Assembly: GCA_951406725.2 (NCBI GenBank)
Contig: OX597821.1
Span: 26,164,001-26,228,000, forward strand
Reading direction: 5' to 3'
Length of the DNA stretch: 64,000 bases
Origin: Octopus vulgaris
Taxonomy: Eukaryota
The notes under the pieces are model-generated. The model worked only from the letters and a program-made list of their open reading frames with translations. It was not told the DNA's origin and searched no databases. Shown here in pieces: positions 40,465 to 52,767 of the stretch; the first letter of the stretch is position 1, and every line of letters begins with the position of its first letter. The position numbers were made by a program, and so were the translations under genes.

Positions 40465-40470
<6 letters not shown>
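40314..40470. mobile_element. (TA)n-embedded short element ending in a 43-bp-arm palindrome
   Basis: 40379-40421 and 40428-40470 are inverted with 2 mismatches; related fragment at 38733-38790. Confidence 0.7.
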
Positions 40471-40518
<48 letters not shown>

Positions 40519-40564
40519 GTATGTATATGTATGTGTGCATGTGGTTGGCAGTATATGTGTATGT

Positions 40565-40737
40565 ATGTTACTTGTTTCAGTCATTTCTGCGGCAGAAATT
40601 GAACCTAGGAATTATTCTTTGTAAGCTTAGTACTTATTCAATCATTCCCTTTTGCCGAAACGCTAGGTTACGAGGGCGTATTCCCACCAACATCGGTTGT
40701 GTAGCGATGGTTGGGGACGAAATATAGACACAAAGAC

Positions 40738-40772
<35 letters not shown>

Positions 40773-40935
40773 CGACGGGCTTCTTTCAGTTTTCGTCTAC
40801 CAAGTCCACTCACAATGCTTTGGTCGGTCCTTGGTTATAATAAAAAACACTTGCCCAAGGTGTCATGCAGTGGGACTGAACCCGGAACCATGTGGTTGGG
40901 AAGCAAGCTTCTTACCACACAACCACATGTATACA

Positions 40936-40971
<36 letters not shown>

Positions 40972-41525
40972 TACATACATACATAAATACATACATACAT
41001 ACATACATAAATACATACATACAATTATGTATGTGCGTGTGTTTGTGTGTAGGTGTTTGAGTCTATGTGTACCGTTTTGTACGCGACTATATCTTTCGTT
41101 GACATATATCAACGAAGGATATAAATATTTATTAGTCTCTTATCTCTTTCCTTGCTTCAATCAGTAAACTGCAATCATGCTGGAGCACCGCCCCGAAGAA
41201 TTCTAGTCAAACGAAACGGTGTTATTTGTTTAATTTTTTAAAGCCTGGTACTTATTCTATCCGTTTTTCTCGCCGAACCGTTACGTTTCTGGGACCTAAA
41301 CAAACCAAGAACGGCTGTTAAGCGGTGACGTGGACAAACACAGACGCAAACACACACACACACGATGGGCTTATTTTAGTTTCCGCCCACCAAAGCCACT
41401 TACAAGGTTTTGGTTAGCCCGAGGCAACAGCAGAAGACATACCCAAGGTGCCATGTAGTGGGACTGAACTCGGAATCATGTGTTTATGAAGCAAATGTTT
41501 TACCACGCAGTCACGCCTGCGCCTA
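40565..41525 (-). mobile_element. Two older SINE B copies (40565-40925, 41140-41525)
   Basis: Family B homology. Confidence 0.8.
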
Positions 41526-42283
41526 TGCTTCAGTGCAAAAAAAAAAGAAATAAAAAAAAAGCTAGAACTCCACTAACGAAATCCCTTGATATATTTGTTC
41601 TACATCAAATTACACACACTCCCTTGTCAGATAAGTGATCAGAATCAGAAAAACAGTTACTGGCCCGTTGCAACCCTGGGTATTAGATTTAGAAAGCTGG
41701 AGCATTGTCTTTAAACTAATGGTTTTAAACCATCGCAGAATACAACAGGCAACAGAGACAACAAACCCATCATTCGACCTGCCGTCTTAATAATAAAAGA
41801 CACATTTGATAATGTAGTGTCAGTTATGCTATATTTAAAAGACCGGATGATCGTGAATGGGATGTCTTTGATTATAGGTTTACTTCATGATCAGAACTGA
41901 CATGGGACTTAACAACAATAACAACAATAGCAACAATTGCAGCAGCAGCAGTAGCAACAACAGCAACAACAAAAGGGACTAACATTGCGTTGAACTTGGA
42001 AAGCTGAGGTTTTGTCAGTTCTCTAATAATGATTTTAAATCTTCATGAAGTTATTCAGTATTTGCATAGCTATGGTAGACGTCGTTAATGTTATGTTTGA
42101 ACCGCTGACGGACACTAGAAATTGTTGGACACGCAGCTTGTCCAGATATGTAATCGAACCGACATCGAATTGCACTAAGTCTAATGAGTGAGATATTCCA
42201 AGGAAAGCTTATAAACATCTAAAGAAATCTGCTGTCCAACTCCCACTAGAGAGAAGACAGCCTCTAGTCTGAAGGGTCTACTC

Positions 42284-42633
42284 TAGGGGGTTCTCATCCA
42301 TTTTTTTTTACCTATGGATCCCTTGATTACTATTTCATTCCGGTGGATCCGCATAAACATTCTGTTTTTAAAACTAATTTTATAGATGTTTCTTTCAAAT
42401 TTCCTATTTCGTTTTTCACTTTCACTTTTGTAGGTTGAACTATGTAAAATACAAGGGAAAGAAACGAAGCTATTTCTTGCAATACATACTAATACATAAA
42501 TCTAAGGCAAAATTTTTGCAGGGGCCCTTAAAACACTATTATGAGTCCCCAATTTACTATTTTGTTTCGTGGACCCCTAAAAATCTCATATGGGCCCCTC
42601 GGGGGCCATATGAACCCCGGTTGAGAATCTCTG
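42284..42633. mobile_element. hAT-type MITE
   Basis: Ends tagggggttctca / ggttgagaatctctg; imperfect 8-bp TSD gtctactc / gtctatgc. Confidence 0.7.
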
Positions 42634-42659
42634 GTCTATGCCTTCATTACTGGGAAAAA

Positions 42660-42908
42660 CCATACTCACCTTTACGTCTAGGTCTTTTCGAAACGGTTCT
42701 TCCACACTACTTGATCCAGGCTGACTGAAGGAAGCAATAAACCTTGTTGCCTTCCAAAAGGAAAGCAAGCGACTGCCTTTTGGAAATTCTGGTCTCGCTT
42801 TTGGTTCCTGCATCCAAACAGAGACTCGAGATCGTTCAGCAGATGCCTCTGCTTCCACGCCTCACTTGACCCGCGAGCATTTATACAATTTATTCTAAGT
42901 ACTGCCAT
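42660..42908 (-). pseudogene. N-terminus of a LINE APE endonuclease (ORF2 start), decayed
   Basis: MAVLRINCINARG...LL..L...QE motif typical of APE domain I-II. Confidence 0.6.
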
Positions 42909-43009
42909 TCCAGAAGGAGAAGAACCAAAACTGATGAATCAGTCATTTACCCTAATCTTGGGTTAATCCCTTTTGGGGCTCTTTCTACGGGCTTTCTATG
43001 AAAGATATA

Positions 43010-43620
43010 TTAGCAATAAAGGCAGTTTTAATGCGAAGTAACACTTAAATGTGGATGTTCTGTTCGAACAAACTATACTGCAGTAGATATCATTGACAGA
43101 AACTCTCATGTTGGCTTTCAGTGCAAAATACACGCTTGCCTGTATCGCTAGCGGGGGGATAAACCCCCACCACCTCCAGCATCGAGACCACCAGATCACT
43201 TGGTTTCGACCTTCCTTGGTCTTGTCAGTGATGGACGCTCGACTGTGAGTGACAGAAGCAACTCATCTCATCGCCAGCAATATACAGAAAAACAGCGAAA
43301 AACAGTGCCAGGACAGGCGATGGTGTCTCGATCAGCTAGTGAACTTGTCCGTCATTGACAAGACAAATCCTTAGAAGGATTTCTTAACATCTTTCCAAGT
43401 TTTTGAATCCTACTATATCATGTGATAAACGCTTTTTCAAAGCACGATACATTGTTGGAGTCGTTCTTATCAGAACACTTCCTTGTGAAGTTCTGGAAAT
43501 GGTGAACGCTTCATGACGCTCACCTCTTAAAATATTGTTTTTGTTACAATGTACAATATTCAACTTATTGTTCTTCTTTCGGAGGACTGTGCAATTAAGA
43601 TGCTCGATCATGAGTAGTTG
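43010..43620 (-). mobile_element. Decayed Penelope-like element end: GIY-YIG-like C-terminus followed by HHR-like motif
   Basis: EHL...NIVH...R...HEAFTI resembles the PLE endonuclease tail; HHR-like motif at 43192-43236. Confidence 0.45.
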
Positions 43621-43744
43621 CTGTAATTATTCTGGTTCTTATGACTGATACGATTGGATGCCTGTGCTTTTGCTCCTTGATTAGCCGCTGTTGCTGAGGA
43701 TGTGGTTTCGATTCGAGGTGTTGCTGTTATTAGCCTGTCTTTTT

Positions 43745-43980
43745 AATTAATTAGTTAGTTAGTTAGTTAATTTTTGGCTCAAAAAGCAAGGCCATGTAGG
43801 GGGACATGGAGTTATGTACAGGGTGGTGTTCATGTAAAGAGTTCAGGCCACTTGTAGTCAAGGGAGACTTTGAACCGAGCGGTCGTCGGCATCTTCACCA
43901 TCTCGTCCGGCAGCTTATTCCACGGATCCGCAACCCGGACGGAGAAAGCCCCTCTCCTTCGATTGAGACGAAATCGTAAT
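43745..43980 (-). mobile_element. CR1-like LINE 3' end with (TAAC)n tail
   Basis: RFRLNRRRGAFSVRVADPWNKLPDEMV...FKVSLD..W is the typical CR1/L2 ORF2 end. Confidence 0.85.
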
Positions 43981-44849
43981 TGTTTTCGTTGTGGTTGTTG
44001 TTGTGGCATCGTTGCTGCTGTTGTAATTGTTAGCCTGTCGCCTGGGTTAATTGATGGAACACATCTTTCTGAATTATTAAGCTTGGTGTTCAAATGCTTT
44101 ATGGATTTAGGGGCCAAGTCGGTATATTCACCAACTCGACCTGTTTCTTCTTTTTTTAGGGTCGATCCACTATCACCCATTCAGGGTTTTTTTTGTGTTG
44201 ATCGAAGCCACTTCAATATGAATATCAGAGAACTCGCCCGGGGTTGCATTTGATTCCTCCTGTATCACTTGTTGATGTCGGTAATGGTGGAGATGATACC
44301 GATTTGTGATGATACTGATTTATATAGAACGTCACCTGATCCTAGTCGGGGTCACAAACGAACCTTCTGCGTTGGAACTTGGTAGGAGTAATGACCATGC
44401 TAGAGGAGCACGGGGAGATTAACTCCTAAATATGGGATAGGAGCCTTCGAAATAGTTGTTGCTGCAACCCACTTTGTGACTTCAGCACATTCGGTGTAGG
44501 GAGCAACGATGCAGAGCAACGCACCGCACTTAACCGTTTCACAGCCAGGCAGAGTACTTTGAGGTGATCTCTTTTGCTGTCGATATAGCATCTAGACTTT
44601 CTACTCTCTACCACAACTTGCATCTGCTCGCACTCTCCGCAATAGAAGAAATCTTGGATGCCCGGCAGATCCTCCAGAAACAATCAAAACCTGGAACTCC
44701 ATTGACTTACCCCCGTTCTATTTTGTGGGGTGGAGCACGGCTAGACTTATTTTTGGAGTTAGCTTTCTCATGCTCCTCTAGCAGGGTCATTACTCTGGCC
44801 TGGTTCCTACGAGAAAGGTACGTTTGTGACACTGGCTAGGATCACGTGA

Positions 44850-45074
44850 CTTTGTTTTTTATACTTTCAAGTACTGGGGCTGATGTAATCAACTTCTTGT
44901 CATCAACTTCCACATCAAGGGTAGGTAGGGAGATTTGTCCGTAAGTACCCCTTGCATTACCTTTACCTGGGTTCTTTTGGCAAAGAATCGTTTTCCCCGT
45001 GGTCATCCACTTCAGGATTTCCACTCCGTTGTTGATCATACCATCCATTTGCGCTGCTATTCTTTCGTGTAATG
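44850..45074 (-). mobile_element. R4/Dong-like RT N-terminal fragment
   Basis: LHERIAAQM...WMTTGKTILCQKNPGKGNA..TY.QIS. Confidence 0.7.
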
Positions 45075-45481
45075 CTGGGACAAGAGTGGCTGTGTGGTAA
45101 GTAGCTTGCTTACCAATCACATGGTTCCGGGTTCAGTCCCACTGTGCGGCAGCTTGGCAAGTATCTTCTACTCGGGCCGACCAAAGCCTTATGAGTGGAT
45201 TTGGTGAACGGCAACTGAAATGCGTCCGTCGTATATATGTATATATTTATATGTAAGTGTGTGTATATGTTTGTGTGTCTGTGTTTGTCCCATCCACCCT
45301 CCCAACATCGCTTGACAACCGATGCTGGTGTGTTTACGTCCCCGTAACTTAGCAGTTCGGCATAAGGGTCTGATAGAATAAGTACTAGGCTTACAAAAAA
45401 TAAGTCCTGGGATCGATTTGCTCGATTAAAGGCGGTGCTCCAGCATGACCGCAGTCAAATGACTGAAACAAGTAAAAGAGT
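45075..45481 (+). mobile_element. SINE B
   Basis: Family B homology. Confidence 0.9.
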
Positions 45482-45992
45482 ATTACTGTCATCACCGTTT
45501 TTTGTTTTTTTTATTTCTTCTAAATTTCCCTTTCCTTTGCTTTGACCGCTGGAATTGTAACAATTGTTTTGCTGTTATATACGACTTAATCCCGATCGGC
45601 AATATTTTCCGATATATATGTTTTTTGTTTTGTTTTTTTTACACAATATGGCCAACACAAGTTAAAATGCAAGAATGGTTTTAGGAGAAATGGTGCCTGT
45701 TTCTGCTCCTCCTTCGTACTTAGATCACCTTAGCAATAATAGTCCACGAGCAAAAAACAGCAAAGAACCTAAAAAACAGTAAAACGGACATTAACGACGA
45801 GGATGATAGTAATAACGCCACTAACGTCGGTGTTGAACCGCGACAACTCCAAGAACAACAATAATGAAACCATCAGCAACAACAACAACAACAACAGAAT
45901 AATCAACAATAGCAATGGCAGCAACAACAAAGGTGCTAAGAGTAGCAACAAGAACGACAGTAACATTAACCACAACAGCAGCGGGAGCCATC

Positions 45993-46345
45993 GCCACCAC
46001 CACCACTACCACCAACACCACCAACACCATCACCACCACCACCACCACCATCACCACCACCACCACTACCACCACCACCACCACCACCACCACCACCACC
46101 ACCACCACCACCACCACCACCACCACTACCACCACCACCACCACCACCACCACCACCACCACCACCACTACCACCACCACCACCACCACCACCACCACCA
46201 CTACCACCACCACCACCACCACCACCACCACCACCACCACCACCACCACCACCACCACCACCACCACCACCACCACCACCACCACCACCACCACCACCAC
46301 CACCACCACCACCACCACCACCACCACCACCACCACCACCACCAT
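45993..46345. repeat. (CAC)n trinucleotide array, ~350 bp
   Basis: Direct reading; explains the poly-H/T/V/G ORFs. Confidence 0.97.
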
Positions 46346-46781
46346 CAGAAGTACAGCAACAAGGAAGACAACAAGGCAACAATAACATTATATGTTAGAA
46401 TAGCATCAACCATCGTAACAACAACAATTCCGTAAAAGAAAAAAATAAAGAGGAACCCCCTTCGCGCTCGTCACAGATCAATGAATTTCTCATGCTCTGT
46501 AAGGTAAAGTGGACGCTATATAAACATATAACAACGATATTGTTCGCTTTGGAATCTTGTCACTCTCAAAAGATGAAATGTTGTGCACCGAAAATAAAAA
46601 TAAAAATAAGAGGGGCATAATTTACAATAAACAAACTAAATCAACTGCGCAAACAGGAAGCCATGATATTCATTACCGGCAGAAGTCGAGAAATACATGG
46701 GAAGTGTGGCCTTCCATAGTATTCATCGCACCTGATGAAAGCAAACTAACACTGTGGTAGCTATTTGCAACAGCAACAGAA

Positions 46782-47129
46782 GGAGGCGCAATGGCCCAAT
46801 GGTTAGGGCAGCGGACTCGCGGTCGGAGGATCGCGGTTTCGATTCCCAGACCGGGCGTTGTGTGTGTGTTTATTGAGCGAAAACACCTAAAGTTCCACGA
46901 GGCTCCGGCAGGGGGGGGGCGACCCCTGTTGTACTCTTTCACTCCAACTTTCTCTCACTCTTTCTTCCTGTTTCTTGTCCCCGACTTCCTGGATGCGCAT
47001 TCATCCATCCGTCGATGCTCTCGGTGTCGGGGGTTGACCTGCTTCCTCCTCTGCGGGTCTTACGAATAGCAAAGGACCACGTTTCGGACTTCTCCCATCT
47101 TGCGAGCTCTGGGACGAAGACCGTTCGCT
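46782..47129 (+). mobile_element. tRNA-derived SINE, separate family, with 14-bp TSD
   Basis: A box tggcccaatgg, B box ggtttcgattcc; TSD caacagcaacagaa on both sides. Confidence 0.88.
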
Positions 47130-47155
47130 CAACAGCAACAGAAAGATCGTAAGGT

Positions 47156-47210
<55 letters not shown>

Positions 47211-47215
47211 GTATA

Positions 47216-47279
<64 letters not shown>

Positions 47280-47589
47280 CACACACACACACTATATATA
47301 TATATATACATATATATACACCCTCCAATCACATACCTACACCTGTTCATATACAAACATATGCATATCCGTATAAATGAAGGGGACGTGTGTATGAAAG
47401 CCGCACTTCTGCACCGGACACAGTCTTACATTCATATATATACATACACATATACACACACACATATACATATAAAATATATACATGCGTATACATATGG
47501 ACATGCGTATACATATACTCATACACGTACACATTCACGCAATTAAAAATGAAAAAAAAAGAAAAAATGAAAAATATATATAAAAAAAA

Positions 47590-47909
47590 TTAATAGAATG
47601 TAAGACATATGGGAAGCTTATGCAGGAACATAGTAAAAATGTGGATTCTAGCCGTAACAGGTATTTTATCGCATATGGACATGATCCAAAAAATTCAGTT
47701 CTTGAATTTAGATATGTAGCGGGGTCCAAAGAACTTTTCCAGATGAGTTATCTTTCCATATTACAAAGACCACACTTGCCACTACCGTTGGTATAAGGTT
47801 TACACTTGGCCAAGATCTTCCAGTAAATTCTATAGCTGATACCTTGTTCTTTTAAGAACCATATATTACTGGATAATTTGGTAGTTTTTCGTTTATTCCA
47901 ATGTCTGAA
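47590..47909 (-). mobile_element. Penelope-like element GIY-YIG endonuclease C-terminus, decayed
   Basis: FRHWNKRKTTKLSSNIWFLKEQGISYRIYWKILAKCKPYTNGSGKCGLCNMER*LI...YLNSRTEFFGSCPY; has the CxxC...LN.R.E....C pattern and one in-frame TAA. Confidence 0.8.
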
Positions 47910-47925
47910 GCCTGGCAAAATTATG

Positions 47926-48318
47926 AGTTCGAAAATATGTGGAAAACATATAAAAAGTGGAAGAGAATTGCCTTAGTTTCACATAGTTTAATATCTTTTT
48001 ATGAAAAAATTAAAAAAATATATATGCATATTTTATGGATATCCTGAAATCCGACTGCTTTTCGTTATTTAAATTAGCTTTTCAAGGGACATTGTGAAGT
48101 AATCAATTTTTGTGACAAAGGGGTCTCACAAGAATTGAATACTTGACAATGTCCCTTGAAATGATAATTTAAATAGCGAAAACCGGTTGGATATAACGAC
48201 ACCCATAAAATATGTATATATATATATTTTTTAATTCTTTATAAAAAGATATTAAACTATGTGAAACGAAGGCATTTCTCTTACATTTTTTGTATATGTT
48301 TTCCACTAATTTTCAACT
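47926..48318. mobile_element. AT-rich ~390-bp imperfect foldback
   Basis: Pairs along its whole length, e.g. gtttcacatagtttaatatctttttat / ataaaaagatattaaactatgtgaaac and tttcaagggacattgt / acaatgtcccttgaaa. Confidence 0.85.
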
Positions 48319-48500
48319 ATGAGCAATCTCAAGTATAATCAACCGAAATTGCGAGGATTATCTGGTGCTTGACTAAGGAAAGAAAACTTCGAATGACCCG
48401 TCCTTGTTTTTTTTTTTTGGTATCGTCTATCTGGATGTTTTGTTGTCCCAATTTTGTATCACCTAGCTGTCCGGATGTTTTGCGTTCTTGTCCCATTTTG

Positions 48501-48553
<53 letters not shown>

Positions 48554-48561
48554 ATATATAT

Positions 48562-48840
48562 ATAAGATAACAAAAGATAACAAAAGAAAGAAAAGACCTC
48601 AATATTGTGTAAATAAAGGAAATTTATCTGTAAAATAATATGTGACAATTATTCAATAGCCAAGAAAAAACTCTGAGTTTCGGATGCCGAGGTGGAAATA
48701 CACAACACCATCTCTTCGGTTATCTGGCCATCTGAAAAACGCCTTTTCAGATTTATATATATTCAGATTTCAGATTTCCATCTCGGCATCCGAAACTCAG
48801 AGTTTTATCTTGGCTATTGAATAATTGTCACATATTATTT

Positions 48841-48843
<3 letters not shown>
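48562..48843 (-). mobile_element. (TA)n-embedded PLE-like end with 70-bp inverted repeat and decayed HHR
   Basis: 48630-48699 and 48774-48843 are inverted; HHR-like fold at 48659-48728 on the minus strand. Confidence 0.7.
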
Positions 48844-48897
<54 letters not shown>

Positions 48898-49371
48898 TCT
48901 TTTTTTATCTTTTACACTTTTACTTGTTTCAGTCATTTGACTGCGGCCATGCTGGAGCACCGCCTTTAGTGGAGCAAATCGACTCCAGGACTTATTCTTT
49001 GTAAGCCAAGTACTTATTCTATCGGACTCTTTTGCCGAACTGCTAAGTTACGGGGACAATATATATATATATTAAACTGAATTGCGTGACATAGTGAAAG
49101 AGTTAAACTTTTGGTGTTCTTAATAGCACAAAGTTATTTTAAGAAGTCAATAAGTTTATTCTGAGAAACGATTTTAACAAACTATATATGCTTTCTATCT
49201 TTGCTGCACTTTCTGAAATGCCATATCTTATGCATAGTCTGGAAGCCTCCGCTGCAAGTGGTCGCATGCAACGCTAGAAATAGCTGTCAAATTTTCAACA
49301 AATACCATGTTATTCTAACATGCCTATGCATATGCATACATGCACGCTCACACACACACACACACACACAC

Positions 49372-49733
49372 AATCATCATCATCATCATTGTTCGACCGT
49401 GGTCGAGACAGTGGAATTTTTCTATGCTACGCCAGACTTCACGGGCCATCATAGCATTACGGAGGTCCTGTTGCTGGATGCCTGTATCCCTGGAGATTAC
49501 ATCAGGGTAGGAGAGTGTGCGCCCTCTGGTATCGCGAGTAGATGGCTTCCAGAGGAGAAGAGTAGAAATTGCCTCGTTTTCAGCTCTACAACAATGTTCT
49601 CCAAACTGTACTCTCCTACCTTTCACAAGAGATGACACAGGTGGTAGTTTGACATATATTTGCATTTTGGTTGGGTGACGCTTCCACGAGAGATTTTGAG
49701 CTCCCATAAGGAGGCGAGTGTAGGTTCCATCCA

Positions 49734-49735
<2 letters not shown>
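49372..49735 (-). mobile_element. RTE-clade LINE 3' end with (GAT)n tail
   Basis: DGTYTRLL...NLSWKRHPT...RRVQFGEHCCR...LLLWKP...RGR...AM..REVWR. Confidence 0.88.
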
Positions 49736-49768
<33 letters not shown>

Positions 49769-50222
49769 GCACAGATAACAATGTGGTGTCTTATATACCA
49801 AATGATTCAATGATCATGGCTGGAACGTCTTATAATACATTGCAAGAACAAGAGCAACAACAACAACAACAGTTGGTACTTGTATTCTAGTTATGAATTT
49901 CGAATCCAGTCAGAGTTGAAGACGGAAGGATATACCTGCATACTGGTTTTATTTTGTCAAGAGACAAATGTTCCTAATTTTGGTATACAAATATGAAGGG
50001 AAGTTGTGATGCTTCTAAGCTTTCCAAGAACATCAGTAGCATTATATGAGAACCGAAACTGTGTCCTGTTTCCACAAACTACAAAATTACCTGCTGCATC
50101 CTACAAAACTATAAATGTAAAACAATTGGTCCCTCTTAGACGGTGTTGATTTAAAAAAATTCTTCTGTGAGTCTTATAGCTTACCCCTTAAATATTTAAC
50201 AAAGGCATAACGAGCTCAGGGT

Positions 50223-50286
<64 letters not shown>

Positions 50287-50288
50287 TA

Positions 50289-50324
<36 letters not shown>

Positions 50325-50331
<7 letters not shown>

Positions 50332-50720
50332 TTGTTTCAGTCATTTGGCTGCGGCCATGTTGGGGCACCGCCTTTAGTCGAAGAAATTGACCCCGGGACT
50401 TATTCTTTGTAAGCCTAGTACTTATTATATCGGTCACTTTTGCCGAACCGCTAAGTTACAGGGACGTAAACAAACCAGCATCGGTTGTCAAGCGATGTTG
50501 CGGGACAAACACAGACACACAAACATATACACACTCATACATATATACATGTATACGACGGGCTTCTTTCAGTTTCCGTCTTCCAAATCCACTTACAAGG
50601 CTGTGGTCGGCCCGAGGCTATAGTAGAAGATACTTGCCCAAGGTACCACGCAGTGGGACTGAACCCGGAACAATGTGGTTGGTAAGCAAGCTACTTACCT
50701 CACACCCACTCCTGCGCCTA
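50325..50720 (-). mobile_element. SINE B, full length
   Basis: Family B homology; further partial copies at 19320, 24465, 48897, 52845 and 53690. Confidence 0.9.
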
Positions 50721-51742
50721 TATGATTTTATCAGCTATTTAGGCCCTTATTAAATACCAGCAAAACCCTTGGAAATTTTCCATGACTACAAAAAATGACA
50801 GATAAACATCATAACCGTCGCCACTACGACCATGTACCATTATCCTCACTTGCTTTTATTTAGTCTTGTTTGGTTTCCAAGTTTCTACGTTTCTCTGTCA
50901 TTTTCCCCCATGTTTTCTCTATCTCACCTATGTAAATGCCACTCAGTCAGTCAGTCACTCACTCTGTTTCTCCTTCCATTTCTCAGTATGTTTCTTCATC
51001 CATCATTCCATCATTATCAACGACCAACGTGACCGCCAACACTCCTACCGGCGCCCCTGCAACACAAATAATTAAGAACTGTTTCTTTCTTACTATATAT
51101 TTGAGTACTTTCACTGAGCGTGACGTAAAAGGTTGGTAGGTAGGAACGTACTATTTTATTAATGTATTGATTATTTTGGCGTTTATTAAAAAAGCAACAG
51201 TAACAATTTTTCTACCGACCCTCTTCACAATGAAATAGCTCGCTACACAAGGCAATCACTCCACCACCTATTCATCCCACCACCCATTCACGCCATTACC
51301 CGTTCATCCCACCACCCAAACACGCAGCAACTCGAATACTCCCACTACCTCAATCCTCTATCTAGCTACCTCATTACTCGACCACCTCTCTACACAGTCA
51401 CTCCTCCACCCAGTTACCTCACTACCCAGTTATCACGTGCTCACTTCTTACTCCAATCATCCTCCGCTACAATAACAGCATCCACCGCCATTCTGTTAAT
51501 GAACAACAATAACAGTTAAAAACACGAACAAATCACTTGTTTATAAAACAATGTGGCAAGTGAAAGGTGAAAGTTCAAAAGTGAAAGTTGAAAGATGAAA
51601 GGTGAAAAGGTAAAGATCAAAGGTGAAGTGTGACAATGGCAACAACTTCAAATGTTTTTTTTTTTTATCTAAAACTGTCCTAGCTGATATTTCAAGCCTT
51701 CTACTTGAATAAGGTATCTGGAGTCTAACGCTGCTCACACCT

Positions 51743-52020
51743 TATTTCACCAACGTCACAGATCCTTGCGATATTTCATTAACACCACAGATCTGTACGG
51801 AGTTTCACTACAGACCTTCAGAATGTTTCACCAGCGCAAGGGGCTCCTTCAAACCTTCACAATATTTCGCTAACCCCACGAAACCCCTAAAACATCTTAC
51901 CGACACCACAGACCTCTCTGTAATGTTTCATCATTATTACAGCTCCTCCAAATGCTTCACTAATCCCACAGATTCCTTATAATATCTCACTAACACCACA
52001 AATTATTTAAACACTTTACC
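51743..52020. repeat. Degenerate ~29-bp minisatellite (atatttcactaacaccacagatcctt)
   Basis: About 9 diverged units read by eye. Confidence 0.65.
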
Positions 52021-52267
52021 ATATCTCTTAGATTAGTGGTCCTCTACCAGGATCCATATGACCCTTGGGTGTTAATATAAATTTTTGGGGATCCACGCAA
52101 GCAAAATAGAAAACTGGAGATCCACAGCAGTATATTAAGGGTCCATGAAAAAATGTTACTTTGGGTGTATTTATTGAAAGACAGCTAGGTTTCTTTTGTC
52201 TGACATTTTACATAGTTCAGCCAACACAAGCTAATGTGTGAAAAGCAAACTAGGAAAGTTCGATATA

Positions 52268-52767
52268 CCGTAAATCCTCGAGTATAGTCCGCCCTTGAGT
52301 ATAATACGCAGGGGATTTTTAGGGGGTTGACCCTCTGAAAAACCTAAACCTTGTGTATAATACGCACCCTTTCTCTAACTTGAGTCGTGCGTAATTAAGC
52401 CAGCAGCACTTAGTCGAACAAACACTTCCGAGCAAGCGTAATACAATAATGGTGATGTTCTTAACTGTTATATGGTAATGTGAATAAGTTTGCAAATTGT
52501 TTTTGTTACATGTTATTCTGTGTTCTGAATACTTTTATTTTAATAAATGTTGCTTACTGCAAGTTATGGATGATTCTTCATTGCTTTCAGGCTTAGCTTA
52601 AGGTATTTTCGCGCCCGACATCACAAAATGCGTCTGGACAGCAAATAGAGACTCGGACATTGCTTAGAAAATATTTTTCATTTTTAACCTCGTATATAGT
52701 ACGCACTAGGGATTTTGACCTTTAAATTTTAGGAAAAAAAATGCGGATTACACTCGAGGATGTACGG
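52268..52767. mobile_element. Tc1/mariner-superfamily (Tc2/pogo-like) MITE
   Basis: TA|ccgtaaatcctcgagtatagtccgc ... gcggattacactcgaggatgtacgg|TA. Confidence 0.88.

Noticed and set aside
46782-46855. tRNA gene
   Set aside because: It is a tRNA-like SINE head that continues into a body bounded by TSDs; no complete cloverleaf.
51743-52020. CRISPR-like array
   Set aside because: Contiguous degenerate units with no unique spacers, no cas genes, and a eukaryotic context.
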